Counted from the first letter of the stretch, positions 36,707-47,911 are shown. The stretch is 64,000 nt of DNA from Planctomycetota bacterium (GCA_965223265.1 OZ244999.1:5664001-5728000), one strand, 5' to 3'. The notes: generated from the letters alone by a model not told the origin. Numbers and translations are program-made.

Positions 36707-37555
36707 ATGAAGCGATCGCTCGTCACTCACACCCTATGCTCACTCCTCACCGTCGCCGCGGTGCTGACCGCCTACCACTTGGCTCACGAGACCGAAGCGC
36801 AGGAACGGCCGGATTGGCACGAGGGGCTGCCGCGACAGTTCAACTCCGTTTGGCTCAAGCACGACGACAACCGCCCGAAGCCGGAAAAAATCACCCCGGG
36901 AGCCACTTCCGGTGCGGCGCCCTCCGATGCCATCGCGCTTTTCGACGGCAGCGATCTGTCCGGCTGGGAGAGCACCCGCAAGGATGGCGGGCCAGCCAAG
37001 TGGAAGGTCGAAAACGGCTACATGGAGGTGAACAACACCGGTAGCATTCGCACGAAGGAACACTTTGGGGACTGCCAGCTGCACCTCGAGTACCGCGCGC
37101 CCACGCCGCCGCGCTTACGATCGCAGGGGCGCGGCAACAGCGGCATCATCCTCATGGGTCGCTACGAAGTCCAGGTGCTCGACAACTACGACAACCCAAC
37201 CTACGCGGACGGTTACATCGGCGCGGTCTATGGCGACTTCCCGCCGCTTGTCAACGCTTGCCGTAAGCCCGGCGAGTGGCAAACGTACGATATCGTCTTT
37301 CGCGCTCCGCGCTTCAAGGACGGCAAGGTCTCGGAACCGGCTCGCGTTACCGTTCTCCTCAACGGCATCGTGGTACAGCACAACACTGAGGTCTACGGCT
37401 CCGTGGCGTGGCGGCGCCTGTCAGCCTACGGTGAACCGCACGGCCCTGGCCCTATCATGCTGCAAGACCACGGCGACCAGCAGGCGCCACGCTTCCGCAA
37501 CATCTGGATCCGCAAGCTCGATCTATCGCCCGAGGCGATCGACGACCGAACATAA
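36707..37555 (+). CDS. DUF1080 / 3-keto-disaccharide hydrolase family protein
   Basis: PSDAIALFDGSDL, FGDCQLHLE, GNSG...YEVQVLD, GEWQTYDI and LQDHG...FRNIWI motifs; signal peptide; GGAG RBS. Confidence 0.95.
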   Translation: MKRSLVTHTLCSLLTVAAVLTAYHLAHETEAQERPDWHEGLPRQFNSVWLKHDDNRPKPEKITPGATSGAAPSDAIALFDGSDLSGWESTRKDGGPAKWKVENGYMEVNNTGSIRTKEHFGDCQLHLEYRAPTPPRLRSQGRGNSGIILMGRYEVQVLDNYDNPTYADGYIGAVYGDFPPLVNACRKPGEWQTYDIVFRAPRFKDGKVSEPARVTVLLNGIVVQHNTEVYGSVAWRRLSAYGEPHGPGPIMLQDHGDQQAPRFRNIWIRKLDLSPEAIDDRT

Positions 37556-37870
37556 CCTATGCCGTCGATTTCCCCTCCGGTGGGAAGTAGCGAAACTCAG
37601 GCAGCTCGAGGATGCCCGTCGAACGCAGTCATTCTTCGACGATTTGCGATGTCCGGCAACCGGTTCAGGGCCTGCAAGAAACGACGAGACCTCAGGCGAC
37701 TTTTCAGCGTCACTTTTTTGCAGGTCGTGACGGAATCTTTGCAAGCCACACCACAGATGTGCGACATCAGAGACAACACCTCTGACAAACGCTGACGCCC
37801 TGCGAGAAATGGCGAGCGAAACGGTTTTGTGTCGTCACTCTGTTCGGGCGTTCGCGCGGAGAACCTGCCT

Positions 37871-38416
37871 ATGTCCCGTTCGTCTCAAGCCATCGCGTTC
37901 GGCCTCCTCGCAGGAGCCACCGTTGTCGTCACTCTAGCCCTCTGGATTCGCGGTCAACCTGGTCGCGACGCGCTACGAGCCGAGGAACTCGTCAGCGAGT
38001 TTCACGGCGCAGCGTTGGCGGGAGATTCTGGGCGTGCCGAATCCGCTTACGAAGCTCTCAAGGAACTCGGCGCGGCGGCGGTTCCCCCCAGCGTGATTCT
38101 CCTGGGCGATCAGGATGAGCAAACGCGCGAGCTCGCCACGCAGCTGATCCAAGGACTGATCGAGGAGGTTCGTGAACGGGACCCGAGCGCTTCGGTGCCT
38201 CCTGAAGTCACCGAAGCCATCGGACCACTGGTCGCCACGCTCACGGATGCGCACGCCGGCGTCCGCGGTAAAGCGGTTTCGTCGCTGGGCTGGATCGGAC
38301 CTCCGGCCGCAAGCGCCATCCCTGCGATCGAAAAGATGCTCACCGACCCAGATGGAAAAGTGCGAGAGCGAGCGGAACGAGCGCTCCACCGCATTCGTAC
38401 CGGCGCCCTCGAATGA
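37871..38416 (+). CDS. Membrane-anchored HEAT-repeat protein
   Basis: N-terminal TM helix; LTDAHAGVRGKAVSSLGWIG and LTDPDGKVRERAERAL repeats. Confidence 0.85.
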   Translation: MSRSSQAIAFGLLAGATVVVTLALWIRGQPGRDALRAEELVSEFHGAALAGDSGRAESAYEALKELGAAAVPPSVILLGDQDEQTRELATQLIQGLIEEVRERDPSASVPPEVTEAIGPLVATLTDAHAGVRGKAVSSLGWIGPPAASAIPAIEKMLTDPDGKVRERAERALHRIRTGALE

Positions 38417-38618
38417 AGCGCAGGTTCGATTGTGCTGAGAGAAGCGGCCGGGCCGTGACGAAATCTTGACGCCACGCGAAATTCAGCCGGGCGTTACCGG
38501 AGCGCTGCCGCGGCCTGTGCCATGGCGCCGTCATTTCGTCTTGTCGCACGCGCCGCCATGACGTAAAAGATGGAGCATCGGCGTCGTCTCCATTCGCCCT
38601 CCCTACGCAAGGTGGTCC

Positions 38619-40043
38619 ATGCTCCGGCTTCTCGGTAGTCCCACAAAGACCTGCGACGGAACGAGCCGCCGTGACATCCTCCGAGCCGGAGGCCTGACGC
38701 TCTTCGGTAGCGTCACACTGCCGCGTTTTCTCGAGGCGGCGTCGCTTAGTCCGCAGCGCGGCAAGGGACGCGCCAAGTCGGTGATCTTGCTCAACCTCTT
38801 CGGCGGTCCAAGCCATATCGACATGTTCGACATGAAGCCGGACGCCCCGAGCGAAGTGCGCGGCGAATTCCGGCCGATGCCGACGAATGTTCCCGGATTG
38901 CAGATCTGCGAGCACATGCCGCGCCTGGCGCGCAATATGCACCGCACGACGCTGATCCGCACGTTTTCGCATGGTTACAACAGCCACAACCCCTACGGTG
39001 TCCTCACCGGGTACAACGGCGGCAACGACCGCGAGAACTATTTCTCGAAGCAGACGGATCATCCCAGCATGGGTTCGGTGTGCCAATACGTCGGTATGGG
39101 TCGAGGCGACGTGCCGAGCTACGTCTTTATGCCAGCCTACCCTGGTTACAGTCAGGCGCTACGCCGTGCTGGCCCCTACGGCGGCTACCTCGGTAGCCAG
39201 TACGACCCGGCATTCACTCTCTACGAACCGACCTTCGATCGTGAGTTCGTACAGGAAGATTCCTTCTACGATCCGGTGGCGCCGTACGGCCAACCGGAGT
39301 TACCTTCGCTCGGCGCGCTTCCAAAGCTGACCGTTGATCGATTCGACCGTCGGCGTTCGCTTCTCCAGCAGCTCGACGCTGGCATGCGCGGGCTCAGCGA
39401 ATCGCGCAAGCTGGACCGGTTGGACCATTTCCATCAGCAGGCGCTGACCGTGCTGACGTCGAGCAAGACCCGAGCCGCCTTCAACCTCGATGACGAACCG
39501 GAGTGGATGCGCGAGCTCTACGGCCGTGACCTCTACGGCAACTGTGCGCTGCTCGCGCGGCGTCTGGTCGAAGCGGGCGTCCTGTTCACCGCGATCAACA
39601 CCGAGTCCAAGGGTGCGGGACACTGGGACTCGCACAACAAAAACTTCCACATGCTGGAGACCTACCATCTGCCGATGCTCGACCGCGTCGGCTCAGCGCT
39701 CCTTAGCGACCTCGACGAGCGCGGCCTTCTCGACGACACACTCGTCGTCATCATGGGCGAGATGGGACGGACCCCGCGTGTCAACCGCCGTGCAGGCCGC
39801 GATCATTGGCCGCAGTGCGGCTTTGCGCTGCTCGCCGGCGGCGGCGTCAAGCGCGGCCTCGTCTACGGCAAGAGCGACAAACACGCCGCGTTCCCTGCTG
39901 AAAACCCCGTCTCCGGCGGCGACATCGTGGCGACGATCTACCAGCTTCTCGGCGTCGACCCAACGCTGGCAGTACCCGACTTGCGCGGACGCCCCGTGCA
40001 CATCTCGCACGGCGGGACCCCGGTTTGGGACGTGATCGCCTGA
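38619..40043 (+). CDS. DUF1501 protein
   Basis: SRRDIL; GGPSHIDMFDMKPDAP, WDSH and GEMGRTP..GRDHWP motifs. Confidence 0.95.
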   Translation: MLRLLGSPTKTCDGTSRRDILRAGGLTLFGSVTLPRFLEAASLSPQRGKGRAKSVILLNLFGGPSHIDMFDMKPDAPSEVRGEFRPMPTNVPGLQICEHMPRLARNMHRTTLIRTFSHGYNSHNPYGVLTGYNGGNDRENYFSKQTDHPSMGSVCQYVGMGRGDVPSYVFMPAYPGYSQALRRAGPYGGYLGSQYDPAFTLYEPTFDREFVQEDSFYDPVAPYGQPELPSLGALPKLTVDRFDRRRSLLQQLDAGMRGLSESRKLDRLDHFHQQALTVLTSSKTRAAFNLDDEPEWMRELYGRDLYGNCALLARRLVEAGVLFTAINTESKGAGHWDSHNKNFHMLETYHLPMLDRVGSALLSDLDERGLLDDTLVVIMGEMGRTPRVNRRAGRDHWPQCGFALLAGGGVKRGLVYGKSDKHAAFPAENPVSGGDIVATIYQLLGVDPTLAVPDLRGRPVHISHGGTPVWDVIA

Positions 40044-40267
40044 GCGCGAACCGGCGTCGTCATAGGGGTGGTCGTTTGCGTGGGCGTCTCTTCAGTAGGC
40101 ACGCGCCGTGTGCCGTCCGGTCGCCAAGAGCGCAAGCTCGGATCGGAAGTGGAGACGTGCTCGAGCGCCTGGCGCTTCTCTGTCTGATCTTCGTTTGCTT
40201 CTGTTCAAGAGATGAGAAGAAGAATTGAACGAAAGGAAACGAAGTCAACGAAGGGCGACCGTGCAAA

Positions 40268-40296
40268 GTAGCAGGCACACTCCTGTGTGCCGTCCG
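40268..40296 (+). repeat. GTAG-type REP copy (GTAGCAGGCACACTCCTGTGTGCCGTCCG)
   Basis: 7-bp hairpin GGCACAC-TCCT-GTGTGCC after GTAGCA; a degenerate copy at 40095-40120; a hexamer tract at about 40348-40410 follows. Confidence 0.7.
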
Positions 40297-40458
40297 GACG
40301 TGCCGTGACCTGCGACGGCACATTTTAAAAACTCACAGCCTCTCCCCGTGGGCGTAGGCGTCGGCGTGAGTGTCGGCCGTTCCCGTTCCCGTTCCCGTTT
40401 GCGTGCGGGCTGTCCGCCTCTGACTCCGCCTCCGCCCGCTTGGCCTAGATCACGCCCC

Positions 40459-41829
40459 TCAAGCCAAAAGCTCGCGCACCACCCGCCCGTGCGGCACGAG
40501 CGGATGCGGCCGGTCAACGGCGTCGTAGATGGAGTCGCGGTGGTCGATGCCAAAGAGATGGTAGATCGTCGCAACGATATCTCCTGGCGTCGTCGGGCTC
40601 TCGATCGGCAGTGCGCCAATGCGATCGCTGGCGCCATACACGAAACCAGACCGAATGCCGCCGCCTGCGAGCAGAATCGTGTAGCACGAGTTCCAGTGGT
40701 CGCGCCCGGCGTTTTTGTTGACGCGCGGCGTGCGGCCGAAGTCGCCGAGTACCGCGACCAAGGTCCTCTCAAGCAGACTGCGTTCTTCCAGGTCGCTGAG
40801 AAGCGTACTGAGTGCAGCGTCGAGCTGCGGCAGGAGCGTCGACTTCAGCTTGACGAAGTTCTTCGTATGTGTGTCCCATGTCGCGTTCGCGTCAGGCGCC
40901 CAGGAAACGTTGACGAGTCGCGTGCCGGCCTCGATCAACCGCCGCGCCAAAAGCACACTCTGACCGTAGATGTTGCGGCCGTAGAGCTCTCGCTTCTTCT
41001 CCGGTTCCTCACTCAGACGAAATGCGCGCTGCGCGGCACCGGACGTTAGTAAATCGAACGCGCGTTGCTGGAACTCATCCATCGATTCGAGTGACGGATC
41101 CCAACGCTCGGTGAGGGCGCCTTCTCGAAGGCGAGACGCATCGCCAAGATGTGCCAGCAACCGACGGCGCGCTCGAATCCGTTCCTCGCTGACCCCGTCG
41201 GCAGCCGTCAGGTTTGGCACGCTGAACTCTGGCGCGTTCGGGTCGTTCAAGATCCAAAACGGATCGTAGTGGCGACCGATGAACCCGGCCAAGAAGCCCG
41301 GCTGCAGCGGACCGCGCGCTCCCTCCTTCGTCTTGAACGGGAGCACAACGTACGGCAGCGCCGCACGTATCGGCGGTTGCAACATGCCGAGCACCGCACC
41401 GGGCGGCGGATAGTCGGTCGGCCGCGCACCACCGCCCAGCTCGCCACGATCGTGACCTGTGAGCGCGGCGTAGACCGCGGCGGCATGAGCATTGTTGACA
41501 CTGTGGTGCATCGATCTGACGACCGTGGTTCGATGCATGTGATGCGCGAGTCGCGGCAGGTGCTCGCACACCGGCACTTCTGGCAGCGACGACGGGATCG
41601 ACCGAAACTCGCCGCGAATCTCGCTCGGCGCATCCGGTTTCATGTCCCACGTGTCGTGGTGGCTGGCCCCGCCGTTGAGGAAGATCGTGATGCAGGCATC
41701 CGCGCGCACATTCACGCCACGGCTACGCGCCGACGAGTCGGCAGCAAGCAATCCGGGGAGAGACAAACCGGCGAGTCCTGTCCCCCCGATGCTGAGAACA
41801 TCACGCCTGGAAAGCTTTGGCCGATTCAT
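40459..41829 (-). CDS. DUF1501 protein
   Basis: SRRDVL; GGASHHDTWDMKPDAP, WDTH and GDFGRTP..GRDHW motifs; GAGGTG RBS at ATG 41829. Confidence 0.95.
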   Translation of the reverse strand: MNRPKLSRRDVLSIGGTGLAGLSLPGLLAADSSARSRGVNVRADACITIFLNGGASHHDTWDMKPDAPSEIRGEFRSIPSSLPEVPVCEHLPRLAHHMHRTTVVRSMHHSVNNAHAAAVYAALTGHDRGELGGGARPTDYPPPGAVLGMLQPPIRAALPYVVLPFKTKEGARGPLQPGFLAGFIGRHYDPFWILNDPNAPEFSVPNLTAADGVSEERIRARRRLLAHLGDASRLREGALTERWDPSLESMDEFQQRAFDLLTSGAAQRAFRLSEEPEKKRELYGRNIYGQSVLLARRLIEAGTRLVNVSWAPDANATWDTHTKNFVKLKSTLLPQLDAALSTLLSDLEERSLLERTLVAVLGDFGRTPRVNKNAGRDHWNSCYTILLAGGGIRSGFVYGASDRIGALPIESPTTPGDIVATIYHLFGIDHRDSIYDAVDRPHPLVPHGRVVRELLA

Positions 41830-41970
41830 TCGCACCTCGAAAGGATCCTCACGTTGAACGAGTAGGGGCGAGTGTACGCTGCCCGGAGCCGCACGGCAAT
41901 CGAATCCACCAACCGACGCGCGATCGATGCGGCGCGTCGACAGCCGTCGACGGTACTGCCCCACTCCAAA

Positions 41971-42705
41971 TTACTGTTGTCGCACCAGCAATCGGAGCGT
42001 GGACCAAGCAATCCGCACCACGTCGCGTAGCGGCCGAAAATGTGACACGCCACCGCCGACAACATCGTAAGCACAGTCGATCGGAACGGAGACCAACGAG
42101 ACGCCTCGCCGACCCGCTTGAACAAGGACCTCGAACTCGAACTCGTAGCGGTCACCGCGCAGATGGAGCTGAGAGACTGTGGCGAGGGGATAGGCGCGAA
42201 AGCCGGACTGAGAGTCGCGCAGGCGCACGCCGGCCAGGCATCCCAGGACGCGGTTCGAGAGCGCCAGCCCGACGAGACTCCGCCGCGGCGCGCGAGCGAC
42301 CTGCATATTTCTCTCCCCGACCAGGAGACTCTCTGGATGATCCGCGATCGCACCGAGAAAGCGCGGCAGGTCACTCGGGAAATGTTGACCATCTGCGTCC
42401 AACGTGACGGCGTGTGTGAAACCGGCCGTCTCGAGGTACCGAAACCCGGATCTCAGAGCACTCCCCTTGCCGCGGTTGGTCTCGTGCCTGAGCGTTCGCA
42501 GGTCGGCGGCGAAACGCACGAGTAGTTGAGGCGTCTCGTCGGTCGAACCATCGTCGACGATCAAAATGCTCGCCGAATCGACGTACTCGCGACATCCATC
42601 GATCACCTTCTCCAGCGTCGCAGCGTTGTTAAACGTTGGAATCAACACGCCGACGCGTTGGGAATCGTGAGAGATCGAGCCGGTCACTCCGCGGGTACCA
42701 AACAT
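41971..42705 (-). CDS. Glycosyltransferase family 2 (DPM1-like)
   Basis: IPTFN, IVDDGSTD, NRGKG, TLDADGQH, DSQSGFR and FEFEVL motifs. Confidence 0.95.
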   Translation of the reverse strand: MFGTRGVTGSISHDSQRVGVLIPTFNNAATLEKVIDGCREYVDSASILIVDDGSTDETPQLLVRFAADLRTLRHETNRGKGSALRSGFRYLETAGFTHAVTLDADGQHFPSDLPRFLGAIADHPESLLVGERNMQVARAPRRSLVGLALSNRVLGCLAGVRLRDSQSGFRAYPLATVSQLHLRGDRYEFEFEVLVQAGRRGVSLVSVPIDCAYDVVGGGVSHFRPLRDVVRIAWSTLRLLVRQQ

Positions 42706-42903
42706 GGTCGAACGAACGCAAGGACAACACCACCATGATAGAACAGGAATTCTCGCTACGGAACTACATGAACGTTACCCTGCAAGTTGTTAGCGGGTGG
42801 AATCCGCTCCGGGTCGAAACGAAGTTCCCATTGCGTTCTCCATCCACTATAAGACGATGAGGGCAGATGACACTCACGCTTCACAGAGAGGACGCCTGAC
42901 GAC

Positions 42904-43989
42904 ATGCAAAAAAGGGAACAGCTCCGTCTCAGTAGCCACATGTCACGGCGTACCTGGCTCGGTGCCGCGCTGGCGAGCAGCGCCGTGCCAAGTGGGCTCA
43001 TAGCCGCACGGCTCGGCGCTCAGGGCGAAGCCAACCGCAGCCACCGCAGGCGCGTCGTCTTCGAACACGTCGAAAAGATCTACTCGGACGGGCGCTGGAA
43101 CGGTCGACCGACGATCGTTTTCTGGCGTGGGCGATATCACATCTTCTTTCGCGAGGGCTCGGAACACTCCAGCCAAGATGGACGCATCGCAGTCCTTCGA
43201 TCTGAGGGTCAAGAGCCGCGCGGCTGGACCCGCCACGAAGTCGCCGACGGTCGAGAGAACGAAGCGGAGGCCCATGTGCTAGTGACGCCAGATCGACTCT
43301 TCGTCTATCTTGTCCTGGAAGACCCAACCCGCGGCGGCGGTCAGCCCATCGCGTCCCAAGTGATCTACACCGACGACGGTGACACGTGGAGTCGACCGAC
43401 GCCCGTCTACGAGCCTGAATTCTCGTTCTGGAAACCAGCGACACATGACGGGGTCCACTATGTTGCCTCAGACGTGATGGTCGGAAAGCGGCGTGTCGAG
43501 CTGCTCAAGTCGATTGACGGAGTCGCCTGGAGCCGCGTGTCGACGATTCTGTCAGGTAAGTTCACTGAGACCTCGCTGACATTTCTCGAGGACGAGTCGC
43601 TGCTGGCGGTCACTCGACAGGCGCAGCTATCGCTCGCGAGACCGCCTTACACCAAGTGGAACCACTACCCCGGCGTCGGGCTCGGCGGGCCGGCTGCTGT
43701 GCGCCTTGGAGACACGGTGTTGGTGTCAGGGCGCACTTCACGCCGGCGCTTCCCCGACGATCAACCCGGGTCGTCGCGCACTGGTCTCTTTGCACTCGAT
43801 CGAGCCGACATGACTCTCAAGTGGCAAACGAACCTTGTGACCCAGTGGGGTGGCGACGTCTCGTACCCGGACTTTCACCGCCTCGACGACCGGCGCGCGC
43901 TCATTGCCTGGTACGATGGCGAAGGCTACGAAGAAGGCGTCCCCAAACAGTCTGATCTCTTTCTTGCGACGCTACGAATCGTCGTCTGA
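42904..43989 (+). CDS. Tat-exported BNR/sialidase-like beta-propeller protein
   Basis: SRRTWL signal; Asp-boxes YTDDGDTWS and KSIDGVAWS; FREG..H and GDVSYP motifs. Confidence 0.75.
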   Translation: MQKREQLRLSSHMSRRTWLGAALASSAVPSGLIAARLGAQGEANRSHRRRVVFEHVEKIYSDGRWNGRPTIVFWRGRYHIFFREGSEHSSQDGRIAVLRSEGQEPRGWTRHEVADGRENEAEAHVLVTPDRLFVYLVLEDPTRGGGQPIASQVIYTDDGDTWSRPTPVYEPEFSFWKPATHDGVHYVASDVMVGKRRVELLKSIDGVAWSRVSTILSGKFTETSLTFLEDESLLAVTRQAQLSLARPPYTKWNHYPGVGLGGPAAVRLGDTVLVSGRTSRRRFPDDQPGSSRTGLFALDRADMTLKWQTNLVTQWGGDVSYPDFHRLDDRRALIAWYDGEGYEEGVPKQSDLFLATLRIVV

Positions 43990-44038
43990 ACGGCGCCCGC
44001 CACGACTGTGATTGGCCGACGCTGAAACGTCAGGTACG

Positions 44039-47000
44039 ATGGGGAGCATGTCGAAACCAGCCATGCTGTTCGCCTCATCCCGTGCGATGCTTTGCGCCTT
44101 GACGCTTCTGGCGACGCCGACGCCAGGAATCTTGTCGGCACAAATCGTCGTCAGCGAGATCATGTACCATCCGCCTGACGGCGAGCTTGAGTACATCGAA
44201 CTAACGAACATTGGCGCAGCCGCGGTCGATCTCGGCGGTTGGGCCTTCACCGACGGCGTTCGCTTTACGTTCCCAGCGGCGACTCTCCTACCGGCAAACG
44301 ATCGTCTGGTTGTCTGCCGCGCACGCGACACCTTCCTTGCGGCCTATCCGGACGTCGCGGAGTCGGCCGTGTTCGGCGACTACGACGGAGCCCTCGCCAA
44401 CAGCGGCGAACGCCTCATCTTTTCGGACGCCGTGGGCGCTCCGCAGCAGACGATCACGTACGACGACACTGCGCCTTGGGACGTGCTCGCCGATGGCTTC
44501 GGAGCCGCGCTGGAACGCCTCTGCCTGACGGCGGCTGAAGACGATCCGGCAAATTGGCGCGCGAGCCGGCTCGTGCACCCTGGGACGAACGAAGACCCGG
44601 CGCCAGATACACCGGGCAGCGCGTTCGCGCCGACACCAGCCGCGGGAAACAGCGTCGTTGTGTGCCCGCCACCCGCCGCTCCACCCGGTGGCCTCTTCCT
44701 CAGCGAGATCATGTACCACCCGGTCCGAGAGGATGACTTCGACGACAACCATGAGTTCATCGAGATCGCGAGCGCCGCCGAGCTGGCGGTCGATCTCAGC
44801 GGCTGGCGGCTTGTCGGCCTGCGTTACACGTTTCCTGAAGGCAGCGCCATCGCACCGGGCGAGCTGATCGTTCTCGCGAAGAATCCTGCGCGCCTCCTCG
44901 AGTTAGAAGACTACGACCTCGACCCGAGCGTTGTCTTCGGGCCGTACGCCGGCAGCCTCGACAACGGCGGCGAGCGACTTGCGCTCGTCACCGCGGATGG
45001 CCGCGGCGTCGACGCAGTCCGTTATGATGACGGTTTTCCGTGGCCAGACGCGGCCGACGCGCTCGGCGCTGAAGCCGGCTGGCTCGACGAGGCGCTGCTG
45101 CCGCTCAATGCGCATCAATTCCGCGGCGTGTCTCTCGAGCGAGTGAGCTTCGACGTGGCGGCGAACGAAGTGGCCAACTGGGAGCCAAGCCCTGTCGACG
45201 CTCCTACGCCTGGCCGCATCAACACACGTCTCGGCAGCGAGCTGCGCCCCATCGTCACCTCGATCGATGTCGAGCCGTCGGCAAGCGCGTCCAGCGACAT
45301 CTTCGCTGCTGACGACGTACGCGTAGAGGTAGAATTCGCGCCGCGGGCGCCGATCGCACCGACGCTCGAGTTCTTCGTCGAAGACCTTGAGTCAGACGAC
45401 GAACTCCGCCTCGAGTTGCCGCTCAGCGACAACGGATCGAGCGGCGACCTGGAGGAGAGCGATGGCACGTTCACGGCGCTATTGCCGCCGCAACCTGAGA
45501 ACTCGATCGTTCGCTACCGCGTACGCGGCAGCGTCGAAGGGTTCGACGAACAGGTCCTCTCGCCGCGCCCAAGCGACGCGGCCGCGTGGCACGCCTATTT
45601 TGTCGCTCCGGAGATCGACACGACGACGCGCACCTACCATCTCTTCATCAGTCGTGACTCTTGGGGCAAGCTCAACACCAATCTCAGTTCGAATCGCGTC
45701 AGCGACTGTGACAAGAGCCCAACTTGGAACGCCAGGGAGCCAGCAGTCTTCGTGCACAACGGCCGAGTGATCGACGCTCGCGTACGTTTTCAAGGCAGTC
45801 GCTGGAACCGTACCAGCGGCGAGGTGATCTCCAACTGGCAGCAACCGGGGCCGAGCTCCGGCACTACAGCCGTTCGTAGCTGGCGCCTGGCGTTTCCCCG
45901 TTATCGCCAACTCGAAGGCCGGAGCGTCGTGATCATGAACAAACTCCGGCAGTCCTGCCCGGGTCACAACTCAGTCATCGGCTTCCGCCTTTTTACGCTC
46001 GCCGACATCCCGTCGCCCGAAACAACCTTCGTACGTTTTCACATCAACGGTGGCTACTACCGCTATATGCTCGAGTACGAACGACCCGGCGAAGACATGA
46101 TCCGCCGTTACAACCGTGACCAATCTGCAAAGTATCCAGACAAGCCAAGCGAGAGAGTCGGCCATCTGTTCAAATCCATTGGCTGCAGCTGTGACGAGGG
46201 TCCGTTCGGTTGGGGCGACTGGCGACTCTTGACAGAATTCTGCGGTCACGATGCCGCTGCGCGCTACGCCGCCACCTACGACCGCAAGACGCACGAGTGG
46301 GCAAGCCATGACGAGCTCATCACGCTCATCGAGGACCTCCACACCGCCCGCGCCGAGGGAAACGAGGCGCTCCGGCAATACTTCCTTGACCGATTCGACC
46401 TTGATCGCCTCTTCGATTATGTTGCGATCATGAACTGGTCCGTACCGTTCGACGACATGTTCCAGAATCATTTCATCTACCAGCGATTGAGCGACGGCAG
46501 GTGGATGTTGGCGCCCTGGGACCTCGATCGAAATTACGGCGAGTGGAAATCTCACCTGGCGTCGTTCTTCATGGGCGAGCAGGGCGACCGCGATAACCGT
46601 GGTACGGCGTGGCACCGTCTAAAGGATGGGTTCCTGAAGGGCTTTCGGGATGAGTACACGCAGCATCTCTTGATGCTCAACAATGAACTCCTGAGCCCGA
46701 AAAACATTTTGCCACTCGTCGATGAATTGAGCGCCAGCGTTGATCAGGACGAAGCCAACGCCGCGGCGGCGCGATTGCCGTGCACCTTCGCTGGCCGCGA
46801 TGCGTCGTTTCGCCGTTTTGTCGTGGCTCGGCACGAGCTCATCAACGAGCAACTCGCAGGGGTTCGCGTCGAACCCGGACCCGACCAACTTGTCTTCGTC
46901 GGCGAGGTCGCGAGCTTCGATGCTACAGCGACGACGCCGCCACCGGGCCCGGACGTCGCGTATTCCTGGTCCAACGGCATGGAGGGCACGACACCCGAGT

Positions 47001-47911
47001 TCGCATTCGCCACGCCCGGTCTGGAGGAGATCACTCTGACCGTGACGACTCTCGACATCGATTTCGAGGCGAGTCTGTCGGTGGAGATTCTTCCCAAGCC
47101 GGAGACCGTCTACCGCGCAGACGACGGTCTCGTCACCATCGAGGCAGAGAACGCGTTCATGAACCTGTGTCACGGCTCCGAATTGGTGGCGTGGGAGACC
47201 GCGTCTGACCTCGAAGGTTTCTCCGGCCGTAGCTACATGCACGCCACACAGTTGCGCCGTCAAACTTTTCGGACGAACTACACGCGTGTCGCGCCCGAGC
47301 TGCGTTTCGCGATCGAATTCGACGAACCAGGTGTGTACCACGTGTGGATTCGTGCCTTCACGAACTCCAGTGGGTCGGACTCGCTCCACGTCGGTCTCGA
47401 CGGTAAGGAGCGCGACACGCTCGACGCTACAGATTTTGAACCGGACGAAGTCGCGTTCACTTGGTCAGGCGCCGATATGCGCGGCGATCCACAGGAAATC
47501 ATCGTCGAGACACCGGGCACGCGCGTCGTGTCGCTGTGGGTTCGCGAGAGCAATCTCATTGTCGACAAACTGATCCTGACGCGCGACCGCGACTTCGTGC
47601 CGCAAGGCTTGGGGCCGCGGGAGAGTTTCCGCTTCTCCGCGACCGGTCGGTCCTTCATCCGCGGCGACGCCAATGACGATGGGGACGTCGATATCGCCGA
47701 TGCCATAACGATCTTGATGCATCTCTTTCTCGGCGTTTCAGCGGTTGCCTGTGATGACTGGGGCGACACCGACGATAGCGGCAAGCTCGAGCTCTCCGAT
47801 GCGGTCGGGCTCCTCGAGTTTCTCTTCACGCCAGGACCAGCGCCGGCACTGCCATTTCCCACCCCTGACTTTGACCCCACACCGGACCCCGCGGCGTGTG
47901 GCAACCTGTAG
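44039..47911 (+). CDS. Lamin-tail x2 + CotH kinase + PKD-like + dockerin secreted protein
   Basis: Signal peptide; SEIMYHP twice; RVRFQGS and QNHF...LAPWDLD motifs; FIRGDANDDG.VDIADA dockerin. Start uncertain (44012-44063). Confidence 0.88.
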   Translation: MGSMSKPAMLFASSRAMLCALTLLATPTPGILSAQIVVSEIMYHPPDGELEYIELTNIGAAAVDLGGWAFTDGVRFTFPAATLLPANDRLVVCRARDTFLAAYPDVAESAVFGDYDGALANSGERLIFSDAVGAPQQTITYDDTAPWDVLADGFGAALERLCLTAAEDDPANWRASRLVHPGTNEDPAPDTPGSAFAPTPAAGNSVVVCPPPAAPPGGLFLSEIMYHPVREDDFDDNHEFIEIASAAELAVDLSGWRLVGLRYTFPEGSAIAPGELIVLAKNPARLLELEDYDLDPSVVFGPYAGSLDNGGERLALVTADGRGVDAVRYDDGFPWPDAADALGAEAGWLDEALLPLNAHQFRGVSLERVSFDVAANEVANWEPSPVDAPTPGRINTRLGSELRPIVTSIDVEPSASASSDIFAADDVRVEVEFAPRAPIAPTLEFFVEDLESDDELRLELPLSDNGSSGDLEESDGTFTALLPPQPENSIVRYRVRGSVEGFDEQVLSPRPSDAAAWHAYFVAPEIDTTTRTYHLFISRDSWGKLNTNLSSNRVSDCDKSPTWNAREPAVFVHNGRVIDARVRFQGSRWNRTSGEVISNWQQPGPSSGTTAVRSWRLAFPRYRQLEGRSVVIMNKLRQSCPGHNSVIGFRLFTLADIPSPETTFVRFHINGGYYRYMLEYERPGEDMIRRYNRDQSAKYPDKPSERVGHLFKSIGCSCDEGPFGWGDWRLLTEFCGHDAAARYAATYDRKTHEWASHDELITLIEDLHTARAEGNEALRQYFLDRFDLDRLFDYVAIMNWSVPFDDMFQNHFIYQRLSDGRWMLAPWDLDRNYGEWKSHLASFFMGEQGDRDNRGTAWHRLKDGFLKGFRDEYTQHLLMLNNELLSPKNILPLVDELSASVDQDEANAAAARLPCTFAGRDASFRRFVVARHELINEQLAGVRVEPGPDQLVFVGEVASFDATATTPPPGPDVAYSWSNGMEGTTPEFAFATPGLEEITLTVTTLDIDFEASLSVEILPKPETVYRADDGLVTIEAENAFMNLCHGSELVAWETASDLEGFSGRSYMHATQLRRQTFRTNYTRVAPELRFAIEFDEPGVYHVWIRAFTNSSGSDSLHVGLDGKERDTLDATDFEPDEVAFTWSGADMRGDPQEIIVETPGTRVVSLWVRESNLIVDKLILTRDRDFVPQGLGPRESFRFSATGRSFIRGDANDDGDVDIADAITILMHLFLGVSAVACDDWGDTDDSGKLELSDAVGLLEFLFTPGPAPALPFPTPDFDPTPDPAACGNL

